From assembly GCA_963662615.2 (NCBI GenBank), contig CAXXSR010000001.1:544001-608000 (forward strand): 64,000 nt of DNA. Direction: 5' to 3'. A program made the position numbers and the translations under genes. The DNA comes from Dehalococcoidia bacterium. Its GTDB lineage: Bacteria; Chloroflexota; Dehalococcoidia; Bin125. The notes below the pieces were generated by a model that did not search any database, was not told the DNA's origin, and was given only the letters and a program-made list of their open reading frames with translations. Of this stretch, positions 29,524 through 38,913 are shown one piece after another. Within the stretch, counting starts at the first letter, position 1. Every line of letters starts with the position of its first letter.

Positions 29524-32502
29524 ATGGCACGCGCGGTCATCGAAGGCGAGGCGGCCTCTGCGTATCGGACCGTCACGCAGGCCCGGCAGTTGCTGCACGA
29601 TGGCGATGCCGCCCTCGCGGCGCTGGCCTCGGACCTCGCCGACGGCCTGATCGGCGGTCACGCCGATGTCCGCTGCGACCGCCCCTCCCGCCTCCTCTAC
29701 GCCACGGACGCCTCCATCTACGAGATGGAGCCGGTGGCGGTGCTGTTCCCGCGCGCGCTCGCCGACGTGCAGCATGCGGTCGCCGTGGCGCGTGATCACG
29801 GCGTGCCCCTGCTGCCACGCGGGGGCGGCACCAGCCTGGCCGGCCAGGGCGTCAACCATGCCATCGTGCTCGACTTCACCGTGCACATGGACCGCGCCCT
29901 GGAGATCGATCCCGCTCGACGCCTGGCGCGCGTCCAACCGGGCGTCGTGCTCAGCGAGCTGAACAAGGCGCTGCGGCCCCACGACCTGCACTATCCGATC
30001 GACCCCTCCACGGCCAACCGCGCCACGATCGGCGGCGGCATCGGCAACAACTCCTGCGGCACCCACTCAGCGCTGTATGGCAAGACGCAGGACGTGGTTG
30101 AGTCCGTGCAGGCGGTGCTGTCGGATGCGACGCCGGCGAGCTTCGCGCTGCGCCAAGGCGCGGCCTTGGAGGAGGCGCTCGCACGGCCGGGCTTCGAGGG
30201 CGACCTCTACCGGGGCGTTCGCCGCATCGTCGATCGGCATCACGCTGAGATCGAGGACCGGTTCCCGCGCATACTGCGCCGCGTCTCCGGCTACAACCTC
30301 GATGCCTTCTTGGACGCGCGCTCCATGGATCTCACGCAACTCCTGGTGGGGTCCGAGGGCACGCTCGCGATCACCACCGAGGCAACGCTGCGGCTGGCGT
30401 CGCTGCCGGCGGCGCGCGGCATCGTGGCGGCGCACTTCGACTCGCTCGTGCACGCCGCCGAGGCCACGCTGGCCGCGAACACGCACGCTCCCGCCGCCGT
30501 CGAGCTGATCGACGCGATCATCATCGACCGCTGCCGCCGCAGCCCCGGCTACGCGTCATTGGCGGAGTTCGTGGAGGGTGAGCCGAAGGCGGTCCTGCTG
30601 ATCGAGCTCTTCGCCGACGACGAGGACGCGCTTGGCGACAAACTGGCGGCGCTGGAAGCGGACCTGCGGGCGCGGGGGATGGGCTACGCGTTCGTCACCA
30701 CCACCGACGCGGAGGTGCAAGCGCGCATGTGGGGCATGCGCCAGGCCGGCTTGGGCCTGCTGATGAGCATGAAGGGGGACCCCAAGCCCGTCGCCTTCGT
30801 AGAGGACACGGCGGTCGCACCGGAGCGGCTCCCGGCCTTCGTCGCCCGCTTCGACGAGACCGTACGCTCCCATGGCCTGACCGCCGGCTATTACGGCCAC
30901 GCCAGCGTCGGCTGCCTGCATATCCGCCCCGTGGTCAATTTGAAGGACGCCGACGGGCTCGCGACGGCAGAGCTTCTCGCCGGGCAGATCGCCGATCTGG
31001 TCGTGGAGTTCGGCGGCAGCCTCAGCGGCGAGCACGGCGACGGCATCGTCCGCGGCGCCTTCATTGAGCGTATGTTTGGGCCGCGCTTGCTCGATGCCTT
31101 TCGTGAGGTCAAGGGACTGTTCGATCCCGAAGGCTTGCTCAACCCCGGCAAGATCGTCGATACGCCTGCGTTCGCCGACAATCTCCGCCTCAGCCCGAGC
31201 ACCACGAACCTTCAACCTCCTACCTACCTGAACTTCGACGCGGACGGCGGCCTCGCCCGGGCCGCCGAGCAGTGCAACGGCCAAGGGACCTGTCGGAAGT
31301 TCGATGGCGGGATGTGCCCCTCGTTCATGGTCACGAAGGATGAGGAGCACTCCACGCGCGGCCGCGCCAACCTCCTGCGGCACGTGCTCAACGGCGCGCT
31401 GCCCGCGTCGGAGCTGACCGGCGAACGGGTCCACAGCGCTTTGGATCTGTGCGTGGAGTGCAAGGCCTGCAAGGCGGAGTGTCCGTCCGCCGTGGACATG
31501 GCCAAGCTCAAATATGAGATCCTCACGCAGTACCACGAGGCTCACGGGCTCCCGCTGCGGGCACGCGCCTTCGGGCACATCAACACGCTGGCGCGCTGGG
31601 GAAGCCGCGCCGCCCCGCTCGCGAACGTGTTGGGACGGTCGTGGCCGGCCCGTCAGCTGCTGCACCGCACGGTTGGCATCCATCGTGAGCGGCGGCTGCC
31701 TCGATTCGCCGGCGAACCGTTCGAGCGTTGGTTCGCGCGCCACGAGCCGCCCGATGCGGCGACGCGTGGCGACGCGATCTACTTCGACGACACCTTCACC
31801 AACTATTTCCACCCCGAGGTCGGCATCGCCGCTGTGCGCGTGCTGGAGGCGCTCGGTTACCGCGTCAAACGGGTGTCTCAGCGCGCCTGCTGCGGCCGTC
31901 CCGCCATCTCCAAGGGGATGCTGCCCACCGCGCGGCGCTGGGCCGCAGCCAACATCGAAGCGCTGCGCCCATTCGCTGAGGATGGCGTGCCCATCGTCGG
32001 CACCGAACCCTCGTGTCTGCTCACGCTCCGCGATGAATACCCTGACCTCGTGGGCGGTCCGGCCGCGGAGAGCGTCGCGGGCCGAGCGCTCATGCTCGAG
32101 GAGCTGCTGGCCGGACTCCTGGACGATGGGTTGGAGGCGGGAGAGATTTTCAGGCCCGGCGACCGCCCCCCGGTCGTCCTGCACGGCCACTGCCATCAGA
32201 AAGCGATCGCCGGCATGGACGCCACTCTGCGCGCGCTCCGCGCCGCCGGTTACGACGTCGATCTAATTGACTCAGGCTGCTGCGGCATGGCGGGATCGTT
32301 TGGCTTCGAGGCGGAGCATTACGACATCTCCCGCGCCATGGGGGCGTATCGGCTGTTTCCGGCGATTGAGGCCGCGGACGCCGGCGCGATCATCGCAATC
32401 ACCGGCGCGTCCTGCCGCCAGCAGATCGACGACTTCACCGACAGGTCGCCTCGTCACGCGGTCGAACTGCTGGCCGATGCGCTGGGCCGCTCTGCGCGCT
32501 GA
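29524..32502 (+). CDS. FAD-linked oxidase / Fe-S / CCG-domain fusion (GlcD-GlcF/YdiJ-like 2-hydroxyacid dehydrogenase)
   Basis: PRGGGTSLAGQ, GSEGTL, SGEHGDG, LNPGK, CNGQGTC, CVECKACKAECP, CCGRP, HGHCHQ and CCGMAG motifs. Confidence 0.92.
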   Translation: MARAVIEGEAASAYRTVTQARQLLHDGDAALAALASDLADGLIGGHADVRCDRPSRLLYATDASIYEMEPVAVLFPRALADVQHAVAVARDHGVPLLPRGGGTSLAGQGVNHAIVLDFTVHMDRALEIDPARRLARVQPGVVLSELNKALRPHDLHYPIDPSTANRATIGGGIGNNSCGTHSALYGKTQDVVESVQAVLSDATPASFALRQGAALEEALARPGFEGDLYRGVRRIVDRHHAEIEDRFPRILRRVSGYNLDAFLDARSMDLTQLLVGSEGTLAITTEATLRLASLPAARGIVAAHFDSLVHAAEATLAANTHAPAAVELIDAIIIDRCRRSPGYASLAEFVEGEPKAVLLIELFADDEDALGDKLAALEADLRARGMGYAFVTTTDAEVQARMWGMRQAGLGLLMSMKGDPKPVAFVEDTAVAPERLPAFVARFDETVRSHGLTAGYYGHASVGCLHIRPVVNLKDADGLATAELLAGQIADLVVEFGGSLSGEHGDGIVRGAFIERMFGPRLLDAFREVKGLFDPEGLLNPGKIVDTPAFADNLRLSPSTTNLQPPTYLNFDADGGLARAAEQCNGQGTCRKFDGGMCPSFMVTKDEEHSTRGRANLLRHVLNGALPASELTGERVHSALDLCVECKACKAECPSAVDMAKLKYEILTQYHEAHGLPLRARAFGHINTLARWGSRAAPLANVLGRSWPARQLLHRTVGIHRERRLPRFAGEPFERWFARHEPPDAATRGDAIYFDDTFTNYFHPEVGIAAVRVLEALGYRVKRVSQRACCGRPAISKGMLPTARRWAAANIEALRPFAEDGVPIVGTEPSCLLTLRDEYPDLVGGPAAESVAGRALMLEELLAGLLDDGLEAGEIFRPGDRPPVVLHGHCHQKAIAGMDATLRALRAAGYDVDLIDSGCCGMAGSFGFEAEHYDISRAMGAYRLFPAIEAADAGAIIAITGASCRQQIDDFTDRSPRHAVELLADALGRSAR

Positions 32503-32527
32503 GAACGGCGCGCGGAGAACGGAGCTG

Positions 32528-33499
32528 CTAGAAGATCGCGAGCGGGTTCAGCGGTGAGGCAGTGCCCCGCTCCAGCCGCAACGGCGCCAGCGTGAGCAGG
32601 AACTCCCAGCGGTTGCGCTCGCGGCAGGCCGCCATCAGCCGGCCCAGCTGCATGTTGTCGATCAGGTGCACCCCCAGGTACGGCAGCACGATCTGATGGA
32701 CCGGCATGGGCCAGCCCTTCACGTCGTGGGGGATGGCGTCGGAGAAGCCGTCGCAGCCCAACACCGCAATGTCGCGCTCGCGCAGCCAGGGGATGCAGTC
32801 CGTGCCCAGCCCGGCCATTCCTTCCTCGAAACTCAACGCGCCGTGGGCCTCGCGGTGGGCGTCCCGCCCGATCGCGATGAGGAGGATGTCGCCCGCCTCC
32901 ACGCGCACGCCCTGGCGCTCCTCGGCCGCCTCCAGCTCGCCGCGGCCGATGCGCTCGCCCGGCTCCAGCCACTCGACGCCGCGCAGGCCGGGGATGTCGA
33001 GCAGCACGCCTCGGCTGACGATGCCGTTCTTGCCGGACATGATGCTGTTGCGGTGGGCGCCGTTGCTTCGCACCTCACTGACGTCGAAGCCGTTGTAGAT
33101 CTTCCCCCGCACGGAGATGTGGCAGAGCGCGTCCAAATGGGTGTTGGCACGCCCGTGCGGCGCGATGGCGAAGTAGTCGGCAATGGAGGCGAGATCGGGG
33201 AGGCGCGGGCGGCCGGGGACGACGGCGCCTGCCGGTACGTCGCCGGCCCTCATCATCAGGTGCGTCACCGGCATGGGGTTGTCCACCGCCGGCGTCACCG
33301 CGAGAGGGAGGGAGCAGCTGACCGCAGTGCCCTCGCTGACCAGCGCTGCCGCGGCGGCCAGCTTGGCGCCGGTGATCAGGTTGAGTGCGCCGCGTTCGTC
33401 CTCGGCGCCCCAGCGCCCCCAGTTCGAGACTTGCTGCGCCATGGCGTCCAGGTCGGCTGTGGTGAGGGTGGCGCTGGCGCTGACGTCGGCGTCGGCCAT
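32528..33499 (-). CDS. Cyclase-family hydrolase, copy 3
   Basis: Same motifs (HGRANTHLDAL); long near-identical nucleotide stretches shared with copy 2. Confidence 0.9.
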   Translation of the reverse strand: MADADVSASATLTTADLDAMAQQVSNWGRWGAEDERGALNLITGAKLAAAAALVSEGTAVSCSLPLAVTPAVDNPMPVTHLMMRAGDVPAGAVVPGRPRLPDLASIADYFAIAPHGRANTHLDALCHISVRGKIYNGFDVSEVRSNGAHRNSIMSGKNGIVSRGVLLDIPGLRGVEWLEPGERIGRGELEAAEERQGVRVEAGDILLIAIGRDAHREAHGALSFEEGMAGLGTDCIPWLRERDIAVLGCDGFSDAIPHDVKGWPMPVHQIVLPYLGVHLIDNMQLGRLMAACRERNRWEFLLTLAPLRLERGTASPLNPLAIF

Positions 33500-33554
33500 C
33501 GCACGTCCTTCCCATTCCCCGCGCCGATTGCCCGCGACTGCAATGGCGGGCCGT

Positions 33555-34310
33555 TTACGCCCCCACGACGCGATTGCGGAGGAGGCCCAGCCCGTCCGCC
33601 TCCACTTCGATCACGTCGCCGGGACGCATGGGACCGTGGGCGGCGGCGGTGCAGCCGGTCGTGATCACGTCGCCCGGCTCCAGCGTCATGACGCTGGAGA
33701 TGTAGGCCACCTGCGTGGGCACGTCGTAGACCAACTCCGCGACCTTGGAGCTGCCTACGTAGACGCCGTTCTTGCGCACGTTGACCAGCGCTTGGGTCGG
33801 ATCGAGGTCGGTGTTGATGATCGGGCCGAAGGGAAAGAAGGTGTCGTAGGCTTTGGCCCGGCCGATCTGGCCGTCCTCGGCCGCCATCGCCTCGGGTGCG
33901 GTGACGTCGTTGCCAAGGACGTAACCGAGGACGTAGTGCAATGCGTCGTCCCGCGACACGTTGCGGGCCCGACGGCCGATCACGACCGCCAGCTCCCCGT
34001 CGAAGGCGATCGCCTCCATGCCCGCGGGCACGACGATGTCGTCGTCTGGCCCCCCGGCGGCGCCGGACGGTTTCAGGAAGATGCGAGGGTTCTCGTAGAG
34101 GAATTGGTCCGCCACGCCGCGATAGCCGGGTCCGACGCCGATGATCTTGCTCGGCTGCGAGGGCGCCAGCAGCTTGAGGTCGCCGAGGGGCGCGACATAG
34201 CCCCCGGCACGGTACTCGCCGAACGGGTCGCCCTCCAAGCGGCAGACCGTGTCGCCGGCCATGACGCCGTACGCCGACGCGCCCTCGTATTCGTAGCGGC
34301 AGATCAGCAT
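33555..34310 (-). CDS. Fumarylacetoacetate hydrolase family protein
   Basis: PSKIIGVG.Y, IFLKP, DGELAVVIG, GNDVTA, RAKAYDTF and TLEPGDVITTG motifs. Confidence 0.9.
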   Translation of the reverse strand: MLICRYEYEGASAYGVMAGDTVCRLEGDPFGEYRAGGYVAPLGDLKLLAPSQPSKIIGVGPGYRGVADQFLYENPRIFLKPSGAAGGPDDDIVVPAGMEAIAFDGELAVVIGRRARNVSRDDALHYVLGYVLGNDVTAPEAMAAEDGQIGRAKAYDTFFPFGPIINTDLDPTQALVNVRKNGVYVGSSKVAELVYDVPTQVAYISSVMTLEPGDVITTGCTAAAHGPMRPGDVIEVEADGLGLLRNRVVGA

Positions 34311-34456
34311 CGCTCGCCCCTTCCCTGCATGCCGGTGGGCCGCAGCCTAATCGACCCGGGCGGCGGGCGCCAGGCGCCCCAAACCTGAGCGACGCCCCCT
34401 CGGCCGGCACGATCCGAGGCATCAAAGGCGGGGCAGCCGCGGCGGCGGTGCGGCTC

Positions 34457-35248
34457 TCAGCAAAAGGTCACGGCGCCCGCGCTTGGCAGCAAGTTCATCA
34501 CAGCGTCGGCGATGGCCTGCGGAGCTTCTGCCGGGATCTGGTGGCCCGCGCCCTCCACGACTTCGACCTTCGAACATTCCGACAGCGCGGCCAGGCGTTC
34601 CTGGCCAGCGGTCCAGGCCGCGGTGACGCCGCGCCCTCGCACGAGCACGATCACCGGTGCGCCGCCCGGCAATCGAGCGATCGTTGCGACCGCGGCCTCC
34701 ACCGCCCGCAGGTCGAGGTCCTCGTCGGCCATAGGGACCTCCTCCCAGTCTCCCAAGCCGGTGCCGCCTAGCAGGCCGACCGACGGGTCGAGGGCGTCGA
34801 CGAACACTAGGCCGCGGATCCGTTCGGGGTGACGGTCGGCGTACACCCGCGCCAGGTACGCGCCGAAGGAATGCGCTACGAGGATGACCTGGTTGTCGCC
34901 GGCTGCGTGATCAACGATTGCCTCCAACTCGGTGTCGAGGTCGGCCGCATCCCGCCTAGGTACACTCGGCGGGTCACTGTCGCCGGTGCCGGGCCGGTCG
35001 TAGCGGCAGACGCGCGCGTGCGGGGACAGCCGCGCCTGCACCTCGAGCCACTGGGCCGACGACGCGTCGTCGCCGATGCCGTTGATCAGGACGACGGCCG
35101 GTCCCTGGCCAGCACACGAGACCTGCTGTGAGCCGGCGGGGACCTCCAGCGCCGCAATGCGCTCCTCCAGGTCGGACGTGTCGGTCGCACAGGCCGCGTG
35201 CAGGAGGGAGAGGGCGAAGACAACGAGCAGCGCGGCCTTCATGGCCAC
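34457..35248 (-). CDS. Alpha/beta hydrolase lipoprotein
   Basis: Lipobox HAAC; YDRPGTGDS, AHSFG and GAGH motifs. Confidence 0.85.
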   Translation of the reverse strand: MAMKAALLVVFALSLLHAACATDTSDLEERIAALEVPAGSQQVSCAGQGPAVVLINGIGDDASSAQWLEVQARLSPHARVCRYDRPGTGDSDPPSVPRRDAADLDTELEAIVDHAAGDNQVILVAHSFGAYLARVYADRHPERIRGLVFVDALDPSVGLLGGTGLGDWEEVPMADEDLDLRAVEAAVATIARLPGGAPVIVLVRGRGVTAAWTAGQERLAALSECSKVEVVEGAGHQIPAEAPQAIADAVMNLLPSAGAVTFC

Positions 35249-35341
35249 ATGCTAGAGCGGACCTGCACGACTTCACGCCGCCGTCCACGCGAACACGCCC
35301 AGCCCTCACTCCGCGGGCCGCCGTAGCGGACGCTCATTGGT

Positions 35342-35515
35342 TCAGCGCCGGCCTTTCGCCAAACGTTGCTGGTCTCGCGAACGCCCTGACGCATCGGGAT
35401 TCGTCGACCGGCGGATCTCCGGCGCCGGCGGACGTAGTCTCCCCTTCGCACGACGGCGCCGCTCGGCACGGTTCGCCGGCGCCTCTTCGGTCTCCATCTT
35501 CGGCTTCTCAGCCAT
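35342..35515 (-). CDS. Small basic protein (57 aa, NRAERRRR)
   Basis: ATG preceded by GGAGAGTGGAGG; Arg-rich; no recognised domain. Confidence 0.5.
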   Translation of the reverse strand: MAEKPKMETEEAPANRAERRRRAKGRLRPPAPEIRRSTNPDASGRSRDQQRLAKGRR

Positions 35516-35613
35516 CGCGCCTCCACTCTCCCTCAGACGCGGAAGTGTTTGGCATCCGCCGGGTCCTCTTGGCACGGTAACACCCTGTTCGCAGCCCGCG
35601 ACGCCATGAGGTT

Positions 35614-35802
35614 TTGCCCGCCGACGACCTCTCGCATGCGCTCTGGATCGTGCCGGGCGGGGCGAGCGGCGTGCCTGGGTCCGCGCACTACAGCGACCAG
35701 TTGGAGCGCTGGCGCCTGCACCTGCTCGCCCCCATGCACTATGAAGCGGCCGAGGTGAGGACGGCGGCGCTTCACTCGTTGCGCTTGGCGCCCTCTACCT
35801 AG
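35614..35802 (+). pseudogene. C-terminal remnant of a penicillin acylase (Ntn hydrolase) family gene
   Basis: WIVPGGASGVPGSAHYSDQLERW...PM matches the GxSG-PxSxHYxDQ C-terminal motif; upstream domains absent. Confidence 0.7.
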
Positions 35803-35836
35803 CACGCTCGGCCTAGCGGCCGCGCACAGCAGGCGC

Positions 35837-36040
35837 TCATTCCGGCGAGCGGGCACGCGATGACGTGGGGGCTGCGAGGGAAGAGCGGCCCTGCGCGTAG
35901 GCGCGGGCGACGTCGATGGCGCGCTCAAAGCGGACCTGGGGCCGCGAGCGGATATGGCAGATCAGCTGTTCCAACATCTGCAGCCGGCCGGGCCGCCCGA
36001 TCAGGTGCGGATGCATCGTCAGCACGAGCGGTCGCCCAAC
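35837..36040 (-). pseudogene. C-terminal remnant of a polysaccharide deacetylase (PuuE/HP0310-like) gene
   Basis: LVLTMHPHLIGRPGRLQMLEQLI...VRF...DVA; N-terminal catalytic motifs absent. Confidence 0.7.
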
Positions 36041-36166
36041 GCGGTGGCGGTACCACGATCCGGGATCCAGTGCGGAAAGCGGGACGAGGCCTGAGGGTCC
36101 TACGCTAAGCCAAGAGCTCAGCCAAGAGCCAAGGCTGGTCGGAGACAGCGGAGGAGCGCCCCGTCT

Positions 36167-37360
36167 ATGCGACGAAGCCGTGGGTTCAAGTCCCTCCTCG
36201 TCCCCTCCGCCTCCGCGATCACCGCCGCGATTACCGCAGCGATCGTGACCGCCGTGCTCGTCGTGACCTTCGACGACGACGACGCCACGACCGTCGTGCC
36301 GGCCCCGCTCCCAGCCGCACCGTCAGCCACACCGTCAGCTACGGCGACGCCGGCGGTCGCGGATGCGGCGCCCAGTTCGGAGCCGCGCGCATCCGCCGAC
36401 CCCAATGCGGCCGATGCGGCCGCCCTGGAGTCGAAGCCGGCCGTCCTTGGCACCAGCGACCAGGGGGCGCGGGCTGCGGCAGCTCCGTTCGACCCGGTGC
36501 GGCTGTTCCAGGACGTGAGCCCGTCCGTGGTCGCCGTGCGGGTGGGCCTCGGCGGCGGGGGGAGCGGCTTCTTCGTCGATACCGAAGGCCACATCGTCAC
36601 GGCCTATCGCCAGGTGCGAGGAGCGCTCGCGGTCGACGTCGTGACCGCCGACGGGACGGAGCTAATCGCGCGCGTCCTGGGCTTTGACCGGGTCAACGAC
36701 GTCGCGGTGCTGGCAGTGGACCCCACGGGACTCGCGATCGGTGCGGTCACGCTGGCGGACTCCGACACCGTGCGGGTCGGGGATCCGCTGGCAGTCATTG
36801 GCACGCCGTTCGGCCTGCCGACCAGCCTGACCACGGGCGTCGTCTCGGCGATCGAGCGAACCTTGCCGGGGCCCACGGTTGGCGGTCGGCCGCAGCGCCG
36901 GCTGATCCAGACGGACGCGGCGATCAACCCGGGCAACGCGGGCGGCGTCCTGATCAACGCTGCCGGGGAGGTCATTGGGATGACGGCAGGCGTGGTGAGT
37001 CCCGTGGGCGCCAACGTCGGCGTGGCCTTCGCCATCCCCTCCAACATCCTCAGGCGCTTCCTGCCGCGGATGATCGCGGGCGAACAGGTCCGCCATCCCT
37101 GGATGGGCCTCGCCTTCCTTGAAGATCCCCAGGAGCCGGGGCTCGTCATCGCCAGCCTGGTCCTGGGCAGCCCCGCGGATCGGGCGGGCCTGCGTCCGGG
37201 CGACCGCCTGATCGGTCTGAACGGCGACGCCCTGGCGGAGTTCACGCAGCTGGCGCGGACCTTGGACGAGAGCGATGTCGGAGACATCCTCGACTTTGAG
37301 GTTGCGCGCGGCGCCCGCACGTTCATCGCGCGGCTGGAGTTGGTTGCCTCGCCGGGCTAG
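36167..37360 (+). CDS. Membrane-anchored HtrA/DegP-like trypsin+PDZ protein lacking the catalytic His and Ser
   Basis: GSGFFV, DVAVL, IGTPFGL, IQTDAAINPGNAGG and a PDZ domain (GSPADRAGLRPGD); TNxHV is replaced by TAYRQV. Confidence 0.85.
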   Translation: MRRSRGFKSLLVPSASAITAAITAAIVTAVLVVTFDDDDATTVVPAPLPAAPSATPSATATPAVADAAPSSEPRASADPNAADAAALESKPAVLGTSDQGARAAAAPFDPVRLFQDVSPSVVAVRVGLGGGGSGFFVDTEGHIVTAYRQVRGALAVDVVTADGTELIARVLGFDRVNDVAVLAVDPTGLAIGAVTLADSDTVRVGDPLAVIGTPFGLPTSLTTGVVSAIERTLPGPTVGGRPQRRLIQTDAAINPGNAGGVLINAAGEVIGMTAGVVSPVGANVGVAFAIPSNILRRFLPRMIAGEQVRHPWMGLAFLEDPQEPGLVIASLVLGSPADRAGLRPGDRLIGLNGDALAEFTQLARTLDESDVGDILDFEVARGARTFIARLELVASPG

Positions 37361-37390
37361 TCGGCGCGATGGGCAAGCTGCGCGGCTCGC

Positions 37391-38248
37391 TCAGCCCACC
37401 GCGTCCTTGTAGCGGCGGATCGCGTCCAGGTGGGCCTGCGGGCCCGACAGCCCGGCGTCCATGGTCACGACCGCCATGTGCGTGGCGCCCATGCCTTCCC
37501 ACCGCTCTAGGCTGCGCCGCCAGCCGTCCGGGTCGCCGTCTTGAATCCGGGTCCGGGCCTGGATCCCGAAGCGCTCTCGGCGGCCGGTCTCGTCCAGGTA
37601 CCCCTGCAGCCGCTCAACGACGTCCCGCTCGTGCTCCTCTGTTGTGGCGATCGCCATCCAACCGTCACCCATGCGGGCCGCGCGTCGCAGGACGGCATCC
37701 GCGCTGCCCCCGAACCAGATCGGGATCTGACGCGCCGGGCGAGGATTGAGCCCGGCCTTGGTGACCCGGTGCCAGCGGCCTTCGAAGCTGATCACGTCGT
37801 TGGCCCACAGCTCCCGCATCAGCTCGATCTGCTCCTCTTGCCGTCTGCCACGATTGCGAAAGTTTTCGCCCAGCGCTTCGTACTCCACCCAGTTCCAACC
37901 GGTGCCGACGCCGAGCCGGAGCCGGCCGCCGGAGAGGAGGTCCAGCTGTGCGGCCTGCTTGGCGACCAGGGCCGTCTGGCGCTGCGGCAGGATGATCACG
38001 GCCGGCGCCAGCTCAAGCGTGGTGGTGACGGCTGCCAGGAAGGCCAGCGTGACGAACGGCTCGTGGAAGCTGTGCTCCTTCGTGTACGGGCCTGGCAGCG
38101 GGTCAGGCCGATCGGGGTCGGCTCCCAAAACGTGGTCGTAGATCAACAGGTGGCTGTAGCCGAGCGCCTCCGCCGCCTGCGCGAAATCCCTGATCGCCGC
38201 CGGGTCCGCGCCGATCTCGGTCTGCGGGAACACGACGCCAAGTTCCAT
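37391..38248 (-). CDS. LLM-class putative F420-dependent oxidoreductase
   Basis: YDHVLG, HEPFVTLAFLAA, ILPQRQTALVAKQAA, SGGRLRLGVGTGW and IPIWFGG motifs. Confidence 0.92.
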   Translation of the reverse strand: MELGVVFPQTEIGADPAAIRDFAQAAEALGYSHLLIYDHVLGADPDRPDPLPGPYTKEHSFHEPFVTLAFLAAVTTTLELAPAVIILPQRQTALVAKQAAQLDLLSGGRLRLGVGTGWNWVEYEALGENFRNRGRRQEEQIELMRELWANDVISFEGRWHRVTKAGLNPRPARQIPIWFGGSADAVLRRAARMGDGWMAIATTEEHERDVVERLQGYLDETGRRERFGIQARTRIQDGDPDGWRRSLERWEGMGATHMAVVTMDAGLSGPQAHLDAIRRYKDAVG

Positions 38249-38323
38249 CACGGCACCTCAATTAATCTAGGCGGCGGCCGGCCACCAGCGGTATACACGT
38301 TGGACCGCGCACTGACCGAATCG

Positions 38324-38820
38324 TCACGCCCGAACCGGCCGGCTGAGGATCCGGCGTGCGTCCGCGCTTGTCGCCAGGGGCCGGCCCAGTTCCGTACTCA
38401 GCGCGGCGACCTCCTCCACCAGCTCCCTGTTCGCCGGCCGGCGCGGCCCGCTGTAATCCTCCAAGCCCTCGCGGACATGGCCACACCGCTCCAAGGCCAG
38501 CCGGGCCAGACCGCTCGCGACCACGTCGCCGCCCCGCACGGCCACGGCCCAGGGCAGGTCGCTGCCTTCGAGCATAGCCAGGTACGCTTCCAGGCTCGAC
38601 AGCGTGGGCGGCATCCCGAAGATGAGGCGGCCGCCCCCGAAGTAGAGCTTGACGATCGACCCCGGCGTGACCATCCCGGCCGCGTGGTAGGCCAGCACGA
38701 CACGCAAGAACCCCGGCTCAAAGATGGAGATGCTGGCGCCGCAACCGAGATCGTTGCAGGTATCAAACATGTAGCGGGCGTCTTTGTAGGTGTTGAGGTA
38801 GACGGCATCGACTCGCCTGC
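38324..38820 (-). pseudogene. C-terminal half of a BKACE/Kce (3-keto-5-aminohexanoate cleavage, DUF849) family gene
   Basis: SIFEPG, LPWAV, GHVREGLED, N.ELVEE and GRPLAT..DARRIL; the N-terminal HxH region is missing. Confidence 0.75.
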
Positions 38821-38913
38821 GGCTTCCTTGTGAACGGGGAGTTCCTGTCGGGCGGCTCAAAGATTGAGGTCGCACCGCGGTTGACCTGGTCTCTAGCGAC
38901 CGCTCTAATCTAA

